Of a stretch of 64,000 nucleotides of DNA, positions 1 to 13,192 are shown in pieces. The stretch is from Octopus vulgaris. Lineage: Eukaryota. Made by a program: the position numbers and the translations under genes. The stretch's first letter is position 1. Each line of letters opens with the position of its first letter. The DNA lies in the NCBI GenBank assembly GCA_951406725.2, contig OX597817.1:168392001-168456000 (forward strand), given 5' to 3'. The notes under the pieces were generated by a model, which was given only the letters and a program-made list of their open reading frames with translations, had not been told where the DNA came from and did not search any database.

Positions 1-496
1 ATCTGTAAAGTGGTGGGTGAACATGTAGCAGCATGGGTTGAGAACATAACTACTCTAGTGCTGGTGCCTTGATAAAATGCACCCATCTGTAAATTGGTTA
101 GTGTTAGGAAGGGAATCCAGTCATAGGAAGGAAAGAAAAAAACTCCCAATACACTGTAAAGTGGTTGGCATTAGGAAGGTTATCTAGCCATAAAAACCAT
201 ACCATTTGTAAAAATAACAGTACATTTCTAATGAAAGTTCTACTTTCTCAATTTTCATTGCTCTATTTCCTTGCTGTCTGAAAGATGTTTGGATCACCCA
301 CAATTTTCTCAAAATTCTTACACCACCTACCAGAATGACAAGATCAATCACCAATGTGTGATATGACCTAGGATGGAAAAACATGACTACAACGCTTCCC
401 TTAGGGCCCATACCACCCAAGACAGAAAAAAACGTATGAATGGGAAAAGGACGGTTTCATACTATTAGCAATTAAAATGATTATGCATTTAACAAT

Positions 497-904
497 TTAC
501 ATGAGGGGATTGGATGAAACGATACATGAAACAAGTTTGTTATCCCAAAGATGGCCATTTACTCTTAAAAGCAGTTGCATCTCTAGATATACGGGTGATA
601 ATTGATGTCTTGTATCATTGAAGGCATTCGCTGCTACACTGAAGAACCTTTCAACCAAGTTAGTCGTTGGCAAAATGAATGCTGTATAACTTGGTTGGCT
701 AGGACCCGTCTCTCTTTGACGCATTTTGCAAGCGAAGATGTCCGGTTCATCGTCCAAAACCGTTTCTTGTTCTGGTGTATTGGGCAGCTTTAAGGTTACA
801 ACAGATTCCTTTTCATCTGCAGCCAGCTGAGTGGCTTTTTGATTTTGTATCTTTTTTACCAAATATTTCTCAAACAAAGGGAATTGGACTGCAATTAATT
901 GCAA
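497..904 (-). mobile_element. hAT-superfamily transposase C-terminal (dimerisation domain) remnant
   Basis: PTTNLVERFFSVA...DTRHQLSPVYLEMQLLLRVN matches the hAT dimerisation signature (S/T-x-x-x-ERxFS...R..L). No intact upstream ORF. Confidence 0.7.
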
Positions 905-1680
905 TCTTTGCAGTAATCGTAGCTTTGCAATAAATTATTGCAATTGAAAAGAGCTTAGCAGTAAATTTATTGCAATTAATTTTTGACAACCCCTGAAATG
1001 GATGCACGAAGCAGTGTTGAATGAAATGTTTTGCTCAGAAACACAACGAAACTTCTGCCGTAGATTATTACCCACAATCAATGAACTGACACTGTTGCAT
1101 CTTGCTGACCCTGCCAATATAGAGTTATATGTACCAATAGATGTAAACACGAGATCTATCATCTTGCAGCCCAATTTCCTATTGAGCTGGCGATGTTGCA
1201 GGGTATATCGTAGGACTAAACTTATAGATGAAGCTATTTTCCTTCACATTTATCTAACTTTCAGATATTTATTGGTCAGTCTTATAATAATAATAATGAA
1301 ATTAATTGTATACAGTGCTCAGGTGCACCACAACTTGTCAGAAAGTGCGTATAAAGTACATGCAGTAATATATAAATGTCTGGGAAGTGAACAGTGTATG
1401 AGTCAGATACATGCTTGTGTGTGTATGGAGGGGAGAAAATCAGGTGTAGTGTTGGCGAATCTCAGGAAGCATGGAAGTTTTGAAGGATGCTGTGCTTGTT
1501 CAATATATTTTATTATTTTTTAATCGACTTTTTAAACTCTTTAATGATTGTTAATTAGTGCTTCTACCCTTTTTCTGCTTGTCAACTCCCAAACATTATT
1601 TCAGACTAAAAAAAGAAAAATAAGACAGCTACGGGTTAGTTTTGCATAGTTACCTCCCTTCACTTAAAAATAAATAAATA

Positions 1681-2055
1681 ATCATCATCATTGTTCGACC
1701 GTGGTCGAGACAATGGAATTTACCATGCTACGCCAGACTTCACGGTCCATCATGGCATTACGGAGGTCCTGTTGCTGGATGCCTGTATCCCTGGAGATTA
1801 CATCAGGGTAGGAGAGTGTGCGCCCTCTGGTATTGCGAGTAGATGGCTTTTAAGAGGAGAAGAGTAGAAATTACCTCTTTTTCAGCTCTACAACAATGTC
1901 CAGCAAACTGGACTCTCCTACCTTTCACAAGAGATGGCACGGGTGGTAGTTTCCCATATATTTGCATTTTAGTTGGATGGCGCTTCCACGAGAGATTTTG
2001 AGCTCTCATAAGGAGGCGAGTGTAGGTTCCATCCAACCACCTCTCAAGCTTCTTA
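1681..2055 (-). mobile_element. RTE-clade LINE 3' fragment
   Basis: DGTYTRLLMRAQNLSWKRHPT...RRVQFAGHCCR resembles the RTE post-RT domain. It ends in a short GATGAT tail. Confidence 0.75.
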
Positions 2056-2062
2056 TAAATAA

Positions 2063-2572
2063 CTAGCAGTATCGCCCGGCGTTGCTCGGGTTTATAAGGG
2101 AAATAACTATATAAGCATTAGAGAGTTACTTCCCTTATAGATGCCAATTCGGGCTTTCTTAGCCATTTCTGTTTTGGTGTCTTCAAGCCATGAAGTCGTT
2201 GTTCTAAAAGAACGCTGGTCTCCTTGACAACGCTTTACGACGTTGATTTCCTTATACTCCCTTCCCCACAGCTTCACGAGGGAGGGAAGAAGGGGAAGAA
2301 GCAAACAGGTGCAGGTGCGACCATGGATGCCAACTCCGCTGCCATCGACACACGAAAAATTATGCATTAAAATGGAATAAAAAATGATGTTAAATTATTT
2401 TTAAAATCGTAGACTCATCGTAGACGCGCGCTAATACTCAGACGGGCTCGATATGAATCACGACTATAAGATACCCGAATTTGGTTAAACTGCACCGCAA
2501 AATGTGGGAGGAGTTAGGAATCTAAATCGAAGGGGACAGGCACTCACACAACTAGAGTTTTATATATATAGA
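2063..2572 (-). mobile_element. Non-autonomous Helitron, copy 1
   Basis: The minus strand begins A|TCTATATATATAAAA and ends with hairpin CCCGAGCAACGCCGGG plus CTAG|T. No TSD. Closely similar to 10184-10706. Confidence 0.8.
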
Positions 2573-2840
2573 TAATAACTATACTGAAACGACTTGGTAC
2601 ATAAAATGTTCTCCTGATTGTCAACTTATATAACAGTGTCTCAGAGCGAAAATAGACCCAACTCAAGAGAACCATGTTCAGCAAATTGGTATCTTGAAAG
2701 TCATCGTTGGCGTTTATTTTGTCCTGCCATCTGAAGTCCCACATCGTTGTTCTTTAACTCTGAGTGGTTAATTTTCCAGTCACCTTCTTGCACAATCAAA
2801 GACACAATGTCATCTAACCAAAAATTAAATTTACAGTTAC

Positions 2841-2996
2841 AGGCGCGACTGTGTGATAAGAAGTTTGCTTTCCAACCTCATGGTTCCGGGACAGTTCCAC
2901 TGCCTGGTGTCTTGGACAAGTGCCTTCTACTACAGACCCGAGCCGACCAAAGCATTGTGCATAGATTTGGTAGTTGGAAACTCAAAGAAGCCTGTC

Positions 2997-3049
<53 letters not shown>

Positions 3050-3670
3050 TATATGAGATCTTTCGTCTCTAGTAGACCTTTCCGTCGATTTCCGTAAAAA
3101 AAATTTTTTTTTACATATGGGCTTGCGGGAACTTTTGAAGTAATATACATACATATACACATACACCGAGTAAAAAATTTCAGTTATCTCTTTCTTTCAC
3201 ACATTACTCTGTCTCTTCACACACACTAACAGAAGCACTTCACTTACACAACATACTGTCTGTCTCCCACACCCCATCAAACACACACACACACATGTAC
3301 ATCAATGCTTCACATGCACGGTAACTTCAAAAGAACTTCCCTCGTCATACAATCGCTTTCTCTTAGTCTCTTTCCCTCTCATTACTTCAAAAGTTCCCGC
3401 AAGCCCATATGTAAAAAAAAAAAATTTTTTTACGGAAATCGACGGAAAGGTCTACTAGAGACGAAAGATTGCTAATATATATATATATATGCTTGTGTCT
3501 TTGTGCCTATGTTTGTACTGCTTGACAACCGGTGTTGATGTGTTTACGTCCCCGTAAGTTAGCGGTTTGGCAAAAGAGACCGATTGAATAAATAACGAGC
3601 TTAAAATTTAATAAGTAACGGGGTCGATTCGTTCGGCTAAAATTCTTCAAAGTAATGCCCCAGCATGGCC
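2841..3670 (+). mobile_element. tRNA-headed SINE family B, interrupted by a long-TIR element
   Basis: Family B head and body motifs. The internal (TG)n/(TA)n tract hosts the 3058-3469 insertion. Confidence 0.75.
3058..3469. mobile_element. Long-TIR (about 87 bp) foldback/MITE inserted in a (TA)n tract
   Basis: 3058-3144 and 3381-3469 are near-perfect reverse complements (atctttcgtctctagtagacctttccgtcgatttccgt...). Confidence 0.85.
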
Positions 3671-4800
3671 ACTAATTGCTAACTAAAACAATGTAAAGGA
3701 AGTTCACTATGAAAATAAGCTAGGTAAATGGGTATTTTAAGGGGGATAACTGGGTATATTATATTTTGGCGTTTATCTCCCTTGCCATTGTGTCGCGCTT
3801 CTCTGCCCAAGTTTTTCACTTTATTCAATCAAGTCAACATGGTCAATGTGCGATCTTTTTACCATATTGTTGATTTAGCAAATTCACCAGCAAATATTGG
3901 ATTCCTGATGAATATTCCCCTAAAAAATCTACAAGAAATAAAAATATTAAATTTTACCGCTGAAGCTGATTTTATTTTACCTTGGATAAGTGTTTAAACT
4001 AATAACGTTCATTCACCAAGGGGCATGTCATTATTTCTAATACGTTATCACAGAACAGTAAAACGTGTTATTAGTTAACATAAGGAACGAGCTAGAAGAA
4101 TCATTAGAGCATCGAAAAAATATTTTATGGTATTTCTACTGGCCCTTTGTTACCAGCAGAAGTAATAACTCCCTGAACTTTTTCCAACGTGTTCTTACCT
4201 GACTACTATCCTTTTGGAACATCTGCTTCCCATTGCTAATTATGCCATCTAGGTAATGGAAGCTAATAACTTTTAGCGAGCCAGCTAGGCATTTTTTGTG
4301 TGCTTATTGCTCTAGTGCAACCATTACATACAAAGCTTGCTTTCTCTGTTTGTCTGCCTGTAATTCCACTAAATCTATTGTTTCCATAGTTTACATTGAG
4401 TGCAGTATATGGAGTTCCCCAAAACTAGTATCAAGTACTAGGTTCCTATTTTCTTTTCGTCTTACTACTGCCTTAGTCTAAGACAAGTTTGACAGGAGGC
4501 TTCTCAATTCTAGGTTTTGTTCTCAGGTCTGAAATTTCTTTTCTAATTCTACTATAGATTCAACTTTAAGAACCAGATCATTAGTATATACGAGTTCCCA
4601 GGGACAGCTTATCTTGATCAATTTTGTGAAGGCCTGGAAAATGATAATGATGAATAAGAGAGGGCTGAGGACTGAACCTTGATGGACTCCCACATTCATG
4701 CTTATTATTATTGACTCTCACTTTATGACTATACTTTTCAACATATCTTGTACATCTCTCACAAACCATTTATCTAGCTTCCATATTGACCACCATAATA

Positions 4801-5476
4801 CAAGGTGTAGTCAAAAAGTATCCGACATTCGGCCAAAAACAAGTAATATTAAAAAATATACCATTTTGATTTAGTCTCCTTCAAAGTATTCGCCTTGGGA
4901 GTTTACACACTTCTGCCAGCATTCCTACCACTGCTGGAAATATTTCTGGAAATTGCTTTTTGGGATGCTGTAGAGCAGGTCTGTCAAATTTTGTTTAATG
5001 TCCTCTGTTGACTGAAATCTTCTCCCTTTGAGTGTTTTTTTGAGCTTTGGGAATAGTCAAAAATTACACAGAGCCAAATCTGGGGAGTAGGAAACCTAAC
5101 GAACAAGTGGTGTGTTTTTCTTGACGAGGAATGCTTGGACGACATAGGCAGAATGAGTGGGTGTGTTGTCATGGTGGTGTTGCCAATTCTTTGCTTGATA
5201 GACTGGGCTTGTATATCACCAAGTTTTTGGCAGAATTTGATGACCGAGCTCAATGTGCTCAGTCATCTTAACTTAAAAAGAAAAATCACACAGCACACTC
5301 TTCACATTTGTACTCAATGCATCACTGCAGGTGAATGGTGCAACCTACAAACACGAAAATTTTTGCACATGCACAGGAAGGATGCGGCCACCTAATACCC
5401 ATGTGGATTTTGCTCATACATTATTATTTTGTGCAAAAAAAAAAATCAAGGTTGGATACTTTTTGATTACACCACA
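4801..5476 (-). mobile_element. Internally deleted mariner element
   Basis: TA-flanked TIRs (caaggtgtagtcaaaaagtatccgac / gttggatactttttgattacaccaca). The minus strand encodes YSPDLALCNF*LFPKLKKTLKGRRF...WQKCVNSQGEYFEGD, the mariner C-terminus. Confidence 0.88.
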
Positions 5477-5582
5477 TACTGAGCATGGCACCCTGTCAAA
5501 TGCTAGGTATAGTGGCTTACTCTGAGCTAAGTCATTTCCATGCAGTTGCCTCACTAGGGAAATAACATCTGTACTACTTTCT

Positions 5583-5817
5583 TATTTTTTTACTGCCCAC
5601 AAAGGGCTAAACACAGAGGGTACAAACAAGGACAGACAAACGGATTAAGTCGATCACATCGACCCCAGTACGCAACTAACTGGTACTTAATTTATCGACC
5701 CCGAAAGGATGAAAGGCAAAGTCGACCTCAGCGGAATTTGAACTCAGAACGTAACAGCAGACGAAATACGGCTAAGCATTTTGCCCGGCGTGCTAACGTT
5801 TCTGCCAGCTCGCCGCC
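5583..5817 (-). mobile_element. SINE family A (tRNA-like head, core gcctttcatcctttcggggtcgataaattaagtacc)
   Basis: Full monomer. Further monomers lie at about 9655-9887(+), 15824-16053(+), 34553-34785(-), 43203-43432(+), 44500-44732(+), 51748-51979(+) and 62184-62416(+), several with 12-19-bp TSDs. Confidence 0.85.
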
Positions 5818-8045
5818 TCTGTACTATTTTCTTCTCAGTATAAAGCTGAACTGCATTTCATCTAGGTTAATTCTGCTCCTGATCAATTATGTTACGACTC
5901 TTTCCCAGATCTTCATTGCCCTGGCCCCGTAATGTGATTTCTGTGAATTTCCTCTTTCTGATGCATCTCTTTTACCTATATAGCAGTTTACAATGATATT
6001 GCTATACCAGCTATTTGTCGTGACACCTTCCTGTCTTATCTTCATAACTATTTTGGTGACAAGCAGGTGTCCTACCTTTTCAAATATTTTGAGCACCCTG
6101 CAACTATTCTATATGGGCCAGCTGCTTTTCCTACCATCATATCCCTCATTGCTTTCATTGCTTTTTTACTATACTGCTGTCAACTTGTATTGCTGCTCAC
6201 TCTGTTGGGTCAACATGAGCTTGACCCGCTTTACTCCATGCATTGTCTTCACTGAATTCCCTTCATTGTAACACTTCCATGCTTCTTTCTTGATACCAGT
6301 ACTTAGAACAAGAATGCTCTATCATTCTGGATACACTTCTTACGAATGACATCATTGTTTTCCCTGACATACTGTCTTGCAATCTAGAATATCTGGTGTC
6401 TCTGTTCTTCATGTGGCAGAATATCTCTAAATGTACCTGACACCTAACTTCCCTTCTACATACTGGTTAATACTTTTTGTTTCCACCTTCCTTCCCATTT
6501 TCAAAATCCGTCTCTTAGCTTTCATATACATGTGTGTGTGTCTGTGTGAATCATCATCATCATCGTTTAACGTCCGTTCTCCATGCTAGCATGGGTTGCA
6601 CGGTTCGACCGGGGATCTGGGAAGCCAGAAGGCTGCACCAGGCTCCAGTCTTATCTGGCAATGTTTCTACAGCTGGATGCCCTTCCTAACGCCAACCACT
6701 CTGTGAGTGTAGTGGGTGCTTTTTATGTGCCACCTGCACAGGTGCCAGGCGAGGCTGGCAACGGCCACGGTCGGATTAGTGCATTTTACGTGCCACCGGC
6801 ACGGAAGCCAGTCGAGGCGGCACTGGCATCGGCCACGAGTCAGATAGTGCTTTTTACGTACCACATGTTTACAAAAACTATGCTGAACTATGGATGGTGA
6901 TGTTATCTTTTCCAGTTAGCCTGCAACTGGTGATGTTAGTTGATATTTCTTGTCAACAAATCATCTGCTAGCTCTGTGCTTTAGGATTCTTCTTGAATTA
7001 AAAAAAAATCCCTTACTTGAAAAACAGGCAAAGATTGACAACAGGAAGTGCATCTAGCCGTAAAAATCTTACCTCACTTTCATCCTGCCTAACCTATGCA
7101 AACATGAAATAACAGATATCAAGCAATACAAATGAAATACATCATCATTAAAACTGTGCCATGTCATCATCATTATCATTTAACATCCATCTTCCATGCT
7201 GGCATGGGTTGGATGGTTTGACAGGAGCAAGCAAACCAGAGGACTGCACCAAGCTCCATTGTCTGTTTTGACATGGTTTTACAGTTGGATGCCCTTCCTA
7301 ACGCCAACCACTTTACAGAGTGGACTGGGTGCTTTTTATGTGGCACCAGCACCAGTGAGGTCTGCTTTGGTATGGTTTTCATGACTGGATACTTTTCCTA
7401 ATGCCAATCACTTTACAGAATGGACTGGGTGCTGATGAAATAGAGCCATTCCCTATGAGACATGTAAAAAGAAATAGTCCTTAGATAGGAGAGTTGGCCT
7501 GAAATGCCTGCATCAGAAGGGACTTCATTAAAGATACCCAAGAGTCAAGTGGTGTTGTTAAACCAGCTTCCTGTGCTGGTCACAGCTGAACCATTAGATG
7601 ATAGGCTTACTGTATTAGGGCTAAATAGCAATAACCCTTTGTGTAGGTACATAGTTTTGAAATGCATGAAGGACTTCACTTAGCAGGATGAGAGGCCTTT
7701 GTGTAGTCTCTCAATCTGTTAGAAGAGACGGTGTCCAAATCACCTCTCACACTCTTAATACAGGAAGACCATATTATGTAAGGTAGCCCTAGATTCCCCT
7801 TAAAATGATGCATGCTTATGACTGGAATGTCTTTGTACATAGATTTGTGGTCAACGAGACACCTATATCTGTCCTTTCTTTACCTTAAATCCCTCAACTG
7901 GCATAAGGTTGCACTCCCTTAATGCTTCTCCCACCACATCCCAGTTGAAGGATTCTTGTCTTGCAAAGTACTTGGTGAACCTGTTGGTACTGGTGCCACA
8001 TAAAAAGCACTGGTGATGGTACCATGTAAAAAAAAGCACTGAGTA

Positions 8046-8780
8046 CCATAAATCCGAGTATATTCTATATTTTTTTTCCCAAAATTTAATGGTCAAAATC
8101 CCTAGTGCATACTATATACGAGGTTAAAAATGAAAAATATTTTCTAAGCAATGTCCGAGTCTGTATTTGTTGTCCGGTAATGTTTACTCAGATGCATTTT
8201 GTGATGTCAGGCGCGAAAGTACCTTAAGCTAAGCCTGAGAGCAATGAAGTCATAAAAGAATCATCCATAACTTGCAGTAAGCAACATTTATTAAACGTTA
8301 TTACTGTTATTTCTTTATTTTCTGTAAACAAAATGCACAAAAAAGCTACACATTTGCATTATGTTATATGTACAATAATAATAAAGGACATTAACATATA
8401 CATTTTTACAAACCAAGGACGTTATATAGACCTCCTTGACTTAACCCTTTAGTGTTCAGATTACTCTGTTAAATGTAATACTTTTTCACTCAAATTGTTT
8501 TGAATTAATCATGCATTATCTTATAGCTTTGAGGTTTCAATGATGTGAATGTTTATTTTTAGAATGTCAATGTAGGTTAGGTGTGAGAGGCTAAATATGG
8601 CCAGTTTGAATATAAAACATATAGAATATTTGGGCCAGATATGGCCGGTTTAAACACTAAAAGGTTAAGTTAGAGAAGGGGTGCATATTATACACAAGGT
8701 TTAGGTTTTACAGAGGTACAGCTCCCTAAAAATCCCCTGCGTATTATACTCATTGGCGGACTATACTCAAGGATTTACGG
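8046..8780. mobile_element. Tc1/mariner-pogo-like non-autonomous element with a nested TTAA MITE
   Basis: TA|ccataaatccgagtata ... tatactcaaggatttacgg|TA termini. Inserted at a TA inside an RTE tail. Confidence 0.7.
8441..8668. mobile_element. piggyBac-type MITE (TTAA-CCCTTT termini)
   Basis: ttaacccttt...aaaaggttaa. A reverse-oriented relative lies at 57329-57676. Confidence 0.7.
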
Positions 8781-9568
8781 TACACCCTGTAAAGTGGTTG
8801 ATGTTAGGTAGGGCATCCAGCTGTATAAACCATGCTAAAACAGACTATGAAACTTGGTGTGGCCCTGGCCTTCCCAGTTCCTGTCAAGCCATCCAACCCA
8901 TGCCAGCATGGAAAATGGGCATTAAAATGATGATGGTGATATTTATATATCATTCATTAGTTTTCAGTGATTTTCCCTTTAACATAATGGCTTAATGGCA
9001 CTCATTATTTTTTGGAGCAATTGATTTTAGTTTTTGGTTGTCCTTCCACTTGGCAGCCTTTTAATTGTGATGTAGTAATAGAACTTGCTGTCAACCATAT
9101 TGACTGAGGAGTACAGCACAATGTATTCAGGTTTGAAGTGATCACTAAATAAGCAGTTCTTAAACATCTCTGCCATAAGGCTTCATTTCCATACACGCCA
9201 GCTGAATTCAATTCGTCCACAGTCAAAAGACACCTGTTGTTATGTCCTGTTATTATTATTATTTTTATTGTATTTTTGTATTTATATTCGTGTAACATCG
9301 TCTGTTTTTCCGTCCTTGTTTTTGAATACATTTGATTCTTTTTTCCAAGGGATCTAATGATCTTAGCTTAGTTTTTCCTTGGGGCTGGCCAGATTGGAGC
9401 AATCTCAAGATTAATCAGCCGAAATTGTGAGGATGATCCGGTTCTTGACTGAAGATAAAAGGCTTCGAATGACCCATCTGTTTTTTTGGTATCGTCTAAC
9501 TGGATGTTTTGTTGTCCCTTTTTGTATCACCTAGCTGTCCGGATGTTTTGTGTTCTTGTCCCATTTTG

Positions 9569-9599
<31 letters not shown>

Positions 9600-10183
9600 G
9601 GTGGGGGTTTTGTATTTGTCACACTGTTTGACAACTGGTATTAGTGTGTTTCTAAAGGCGGTGAGCTGGCAGAAACGTTAGCACGTCGGGCGAAATGCTT
9701 AACAGTATTTCGTCAGCCGTTACGTTGTGAGTTCAAATTCCGCCGAGGTCGACTTTACCTTTCATCCTTTCGGGGTCGATAAATTAAGTACCAGTTACGC
9801 ACTGGGGTCGATGTAATCAACTTAATACTTATGTCTGTCCTTGTTTGTCCCCTCTGTGTTTAGCCCCTTGTGGGTAATAAAGAAATAGGTATTAGTGTGT
9901 GTATGTCCTTGTAACTTAGCAGTTCAGCAAAATAGACTGATAGAATAAATACCAGACTTTAAAAAATAAGTGGTGGGTGGGGGTTGATTTGTTTGACTAA
10001 ATCCTTCAAAGTAGTGCACCAGCATGGCCAAAGTCCAGTGGCTGAAACACATTAAAAGATAGACATTCTTGATTCTTTCTTTTATTCACCTTGGACATGT
10101 TAAATTGAGGATATACTCTGACTCCTCATCATTACCTTTATCTCTCTTTCATGCACCCCTCCGTCCACCTTCACCCACCCATA

Positions 10184-10706
10184 TCTATATATATAAAACT
10201 GTAGTTGTGTGAGTGTCTGTCCCCTTCGATTTAGATTCCTAACTCCTCCCACATTTTGCGGTGCAGTTTAACCAAATTCGGGTATCTTATAGTCGTGATT
10301 CATATCGAGCCCGTCTGGCTATTAGCGTGATGCAACGATAAGTCTACGATTTTAAAAATAATTTAACATCATTTTTTATTCCATTTTAATGCATAATTTT
10401 TCGTGTGTCGATGGCGGCGGAGTTGGCGTCCATGGTCACACCTGCACCTGTTTGCTTCTCCCCTTCTTCCCTCCCTCGTGAAGCTGTGGGGAAGGGAGTG
10501 TAAGGAAATCAACGTCGTAAAGCGTTGTCAAGGAGACCAGCGTTCTTTTAGAACAACGACTTCATGGCTTGAAGACACCAAAATTACCATCATTTTTTAT
10601 TCCATTTTTAATGCATTTTTTTGCTATTTTTTGGCTATAACTCACTAAAAATGCTTATATAGTTATTTCCCTTACAAACCCGAGCAACACCGGGCGATAC
10701 TGCTAG
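10184..10706 (+). mobile_element. Non-autonomous Helitron, copy 2
   Basis: 5' TC, 3' CCCGAGCAACACCGGG hairpin plus CTAG, inserted between A and T. Same family as 2063-2572. Confidence 0.8.
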
Positions 10707-11909
10707 TGTAACATAAAATAGCACTGTATCTACTCTTCCTCTTACTCAATGTTCCCCACCTTCCTTATCACCCTCACTGACCCCCTAACAATACTCTTTT
10801 GTTCTGTTTCTTTTCATTAATTCCTTCTGTAAAGCCAGCGAGCTGGCAGAATTGGTAGCATGCTGGATAGAATGCTTAAGCTTAGTATTTCTTCTGGCTC
10901 TTAATGTTCTGAGTTCAAATTCTGCCGAGGGTAACTTTGCCTTTCATCCTTTTTGGCTCAATAAAATACATATCAATTGAGTATCGAGTTTGATGTGATT
11001 GACTTACTCCTCCCCTGAAACTGCCGACCTTGTTCCAAGATTAATTTCTTGAAAAAGAAATTTTAATTTTCTTAAAAAAGGATTAATTTCTTCTCTTGTA
11101 CTTTCTATTAGTCTCTCCATTACCACCCTCTTACAACAATAAACCTCATCATCATCATCATCGTTTAACGTCCGTTCTCCATGCTAGCATGGGTTGGACG
11201 GTTCGACCGGGGATCTGGGAAGCCATGTTGGCTGCACCAGGCTCCGGTCTTATCTGGCAACGTTTCTACAGCTTGATGCCCTTCCTAATGCCAAACCTAT
11301 TCATCCTAATTGTACTTTAACTTCTCTCAGTACCTCACCCCAAATCATAACCCTTTTTTCTCTTCTCCCTTTTTTCTAGTCATAGGGGCTATTTGTGAGC
11401 CACAAAACGACCTCATAAGTACCTGTACCACACAAAAATGCATCCAATACACTGTGTAAAGTAATGGGAAAGGAAATGGAGGTGATGCATGGTTGAGAGG
11501 ATTCTTTATGTTTGCTGAAGGCATGACATCCACTCCAGGGCTGGTGCCACGAGAAAAATGTACCTGTACACTCTGAAAGATGGGCATCCAGCTTCAGAAA
11601 CTATTCAAGTAAAGAGACATCTGAGTAAGATATGAGCTTCCAAAGTCTAGGAGTTTTATAACTCTAAAAAGAACTGACTTAGATCCTGACAAAATGTTCA
11701 ACCCATGTCACCAGGGAAAGCAGTTGTAAAATGATGATGATACTTTGGTGCAGGAGTGGCTGTGAGATAAGTAGCTTGCTTACCGACCACATGGTCCTGG
11801 GTTCAGTCCCACTGTGTGGCATCTTGGTCCAGTGACTTCTACTATAGCCTCTGGCAGACCAAAACCTTGCAAGTGGATTTGATAGACAGAAACTGAAAGA
11901 AAAACCCGT

Positions 11910-11954
<45 letters not shown>

Positions 11955-12385
11955 ATGTGTTTGTCACCCCACCATCGCTTGACAACTTATGTTGGTGTGT
12001 TTACGTCCCTGTAACTTAGCGGTTCGGCAAAAGAAGCCGATGTAATAAGTACTAGGTACTAGGCTTACAAAGAATAAGTCCTGGGGTCGATTTGTTTGAC
12101 TAAAGGCAGTGCTCAAGCATGGCCGCAGTCAAATAACAGAAACAAATAAAAGAAAATATCTATGTGGGATAGCCCTGCCTACCTCGCTCCTCACAATTTG
12201 ACCCACTGTTACCACTCTTTCTCACTAATCCCTGATGCTACTTTTTCCCTTTCCTTTTCATTACTCCCTTCCAGATGTTTTGATCTCAGATGTTTTGATG
12301 TCATCTACTTGGCTTCATTGATTTGACTCTACTTATTTGAGATCAGACGTCTTGATCTGTCATTCATTTTAATGTTTCTCCTGTT

Positions 12386-13005
12386 TTAACCCTTTCATTA
12401 CCAACCCAGCTGAAACTGACTCTGGCTCTGTAGTACAAATGCCTTGTTTTCATAAGTTCTGAATTAAAATCTTCCACCAAACCTTAGTCACAATTTATGT
12501 TCCTAACACTAGCTTAATGATAACTAAGCTATTTTACTAAATTCTTTGTTATATTTGGCTGTGTGGTAAGTAGCTTGCTAACCAACAACATGGTGCCGGG
12601 TTCAGTCCCACTGCGTGGCACCTTGGGCAAGTGTCTTCTGCTATAGCCCCGGGCCGACCAATGCCTTGTGAGTGGATTTGGTAGACGGAAACTGAAAGAA
12701 GCCTGTCGTATATATGTATATATGTATATGTGTGTGTGTGTGTGTGTTTGTTCCCCTAGCATTGATTGACAACCGATGCTGGTGTGTTTACGTCCCCGTT
12801 ACTTAGCGGTTCGGCAAAAAGAGACCGATAGAATAAGTACTGGGCTTACAAAAAGAAAATCCCGGGGTCGAGTTGCTCGACTAAAGGCGGTGCTCCAGCA
12901 TGGCCGCAGTCAAATGACTGAAACAAGTGAAAGAATAAAAGAATAAAAGAATAATTGAAAGTAACACAGAGCATCTCAAAATAAATATGGTAACAAAAGG
13001 GTTAA
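12386..13005. mobile_element. Solo piggyBac-type MITE (same family as the tandem arrays), split by a family B SINE
   Basis: ttaaccctttc...aaaagggttaa. SINE B occupies about 12557-12950. Confidence 0.8.
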
Positions 13006-13192
13006 CGTTTCCCTTATTCTCACTTCCTTCTTTCCCTATATATATCAACATATTTCTCTTTACGCTTATGGGGAGAGGGAACGTGTTTATACCAACCACG
13101 TTCAATTAATAAAGCATAATGTCTTTCTTCCTTCCTGCTTTCCGTCTCTCACACGCTCTTAATTTGTACGTGTACATTTATGTGTACATGTG

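Larger units (their letters stand above)
4095..6520 (-). mobile_element. Degenerate RTE LINE reverse-transcriptase fragment, interrupted by a mariner and a SINE
   Basis: Frameshifted RT motifs on the minus strand: IVNCYIGKRDA (from NCYKGKGDA), a TDxIxLVRQL..PLYLAF-DRVP-like block and VGVHQGSVLSPLLFII. Confidence 0.75.

Noticed and set aside
1002-1523. 173-aa plus-strand ORF
   Set aside because: No recognisable domain. It spans a junction of unrelated repeat-like sequence beside the hAT remnant.
2704-2813. Minus-strand peptide DIVSLIVQEGDWK resembling the IMMP2L GDIVSL motif
   Set aside because: Wrong strand and position, the match is only five residues, and the frame soon terminates.
9225-9580. 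Possible Penelope-like terminal repeat with a hammerhead-like ctgaaga...cgaa core
   Set aside because: The GAAA core and stems are not intact, and there is no second copy in the window. Neither a ribozyme nor the family assignment can be supported.
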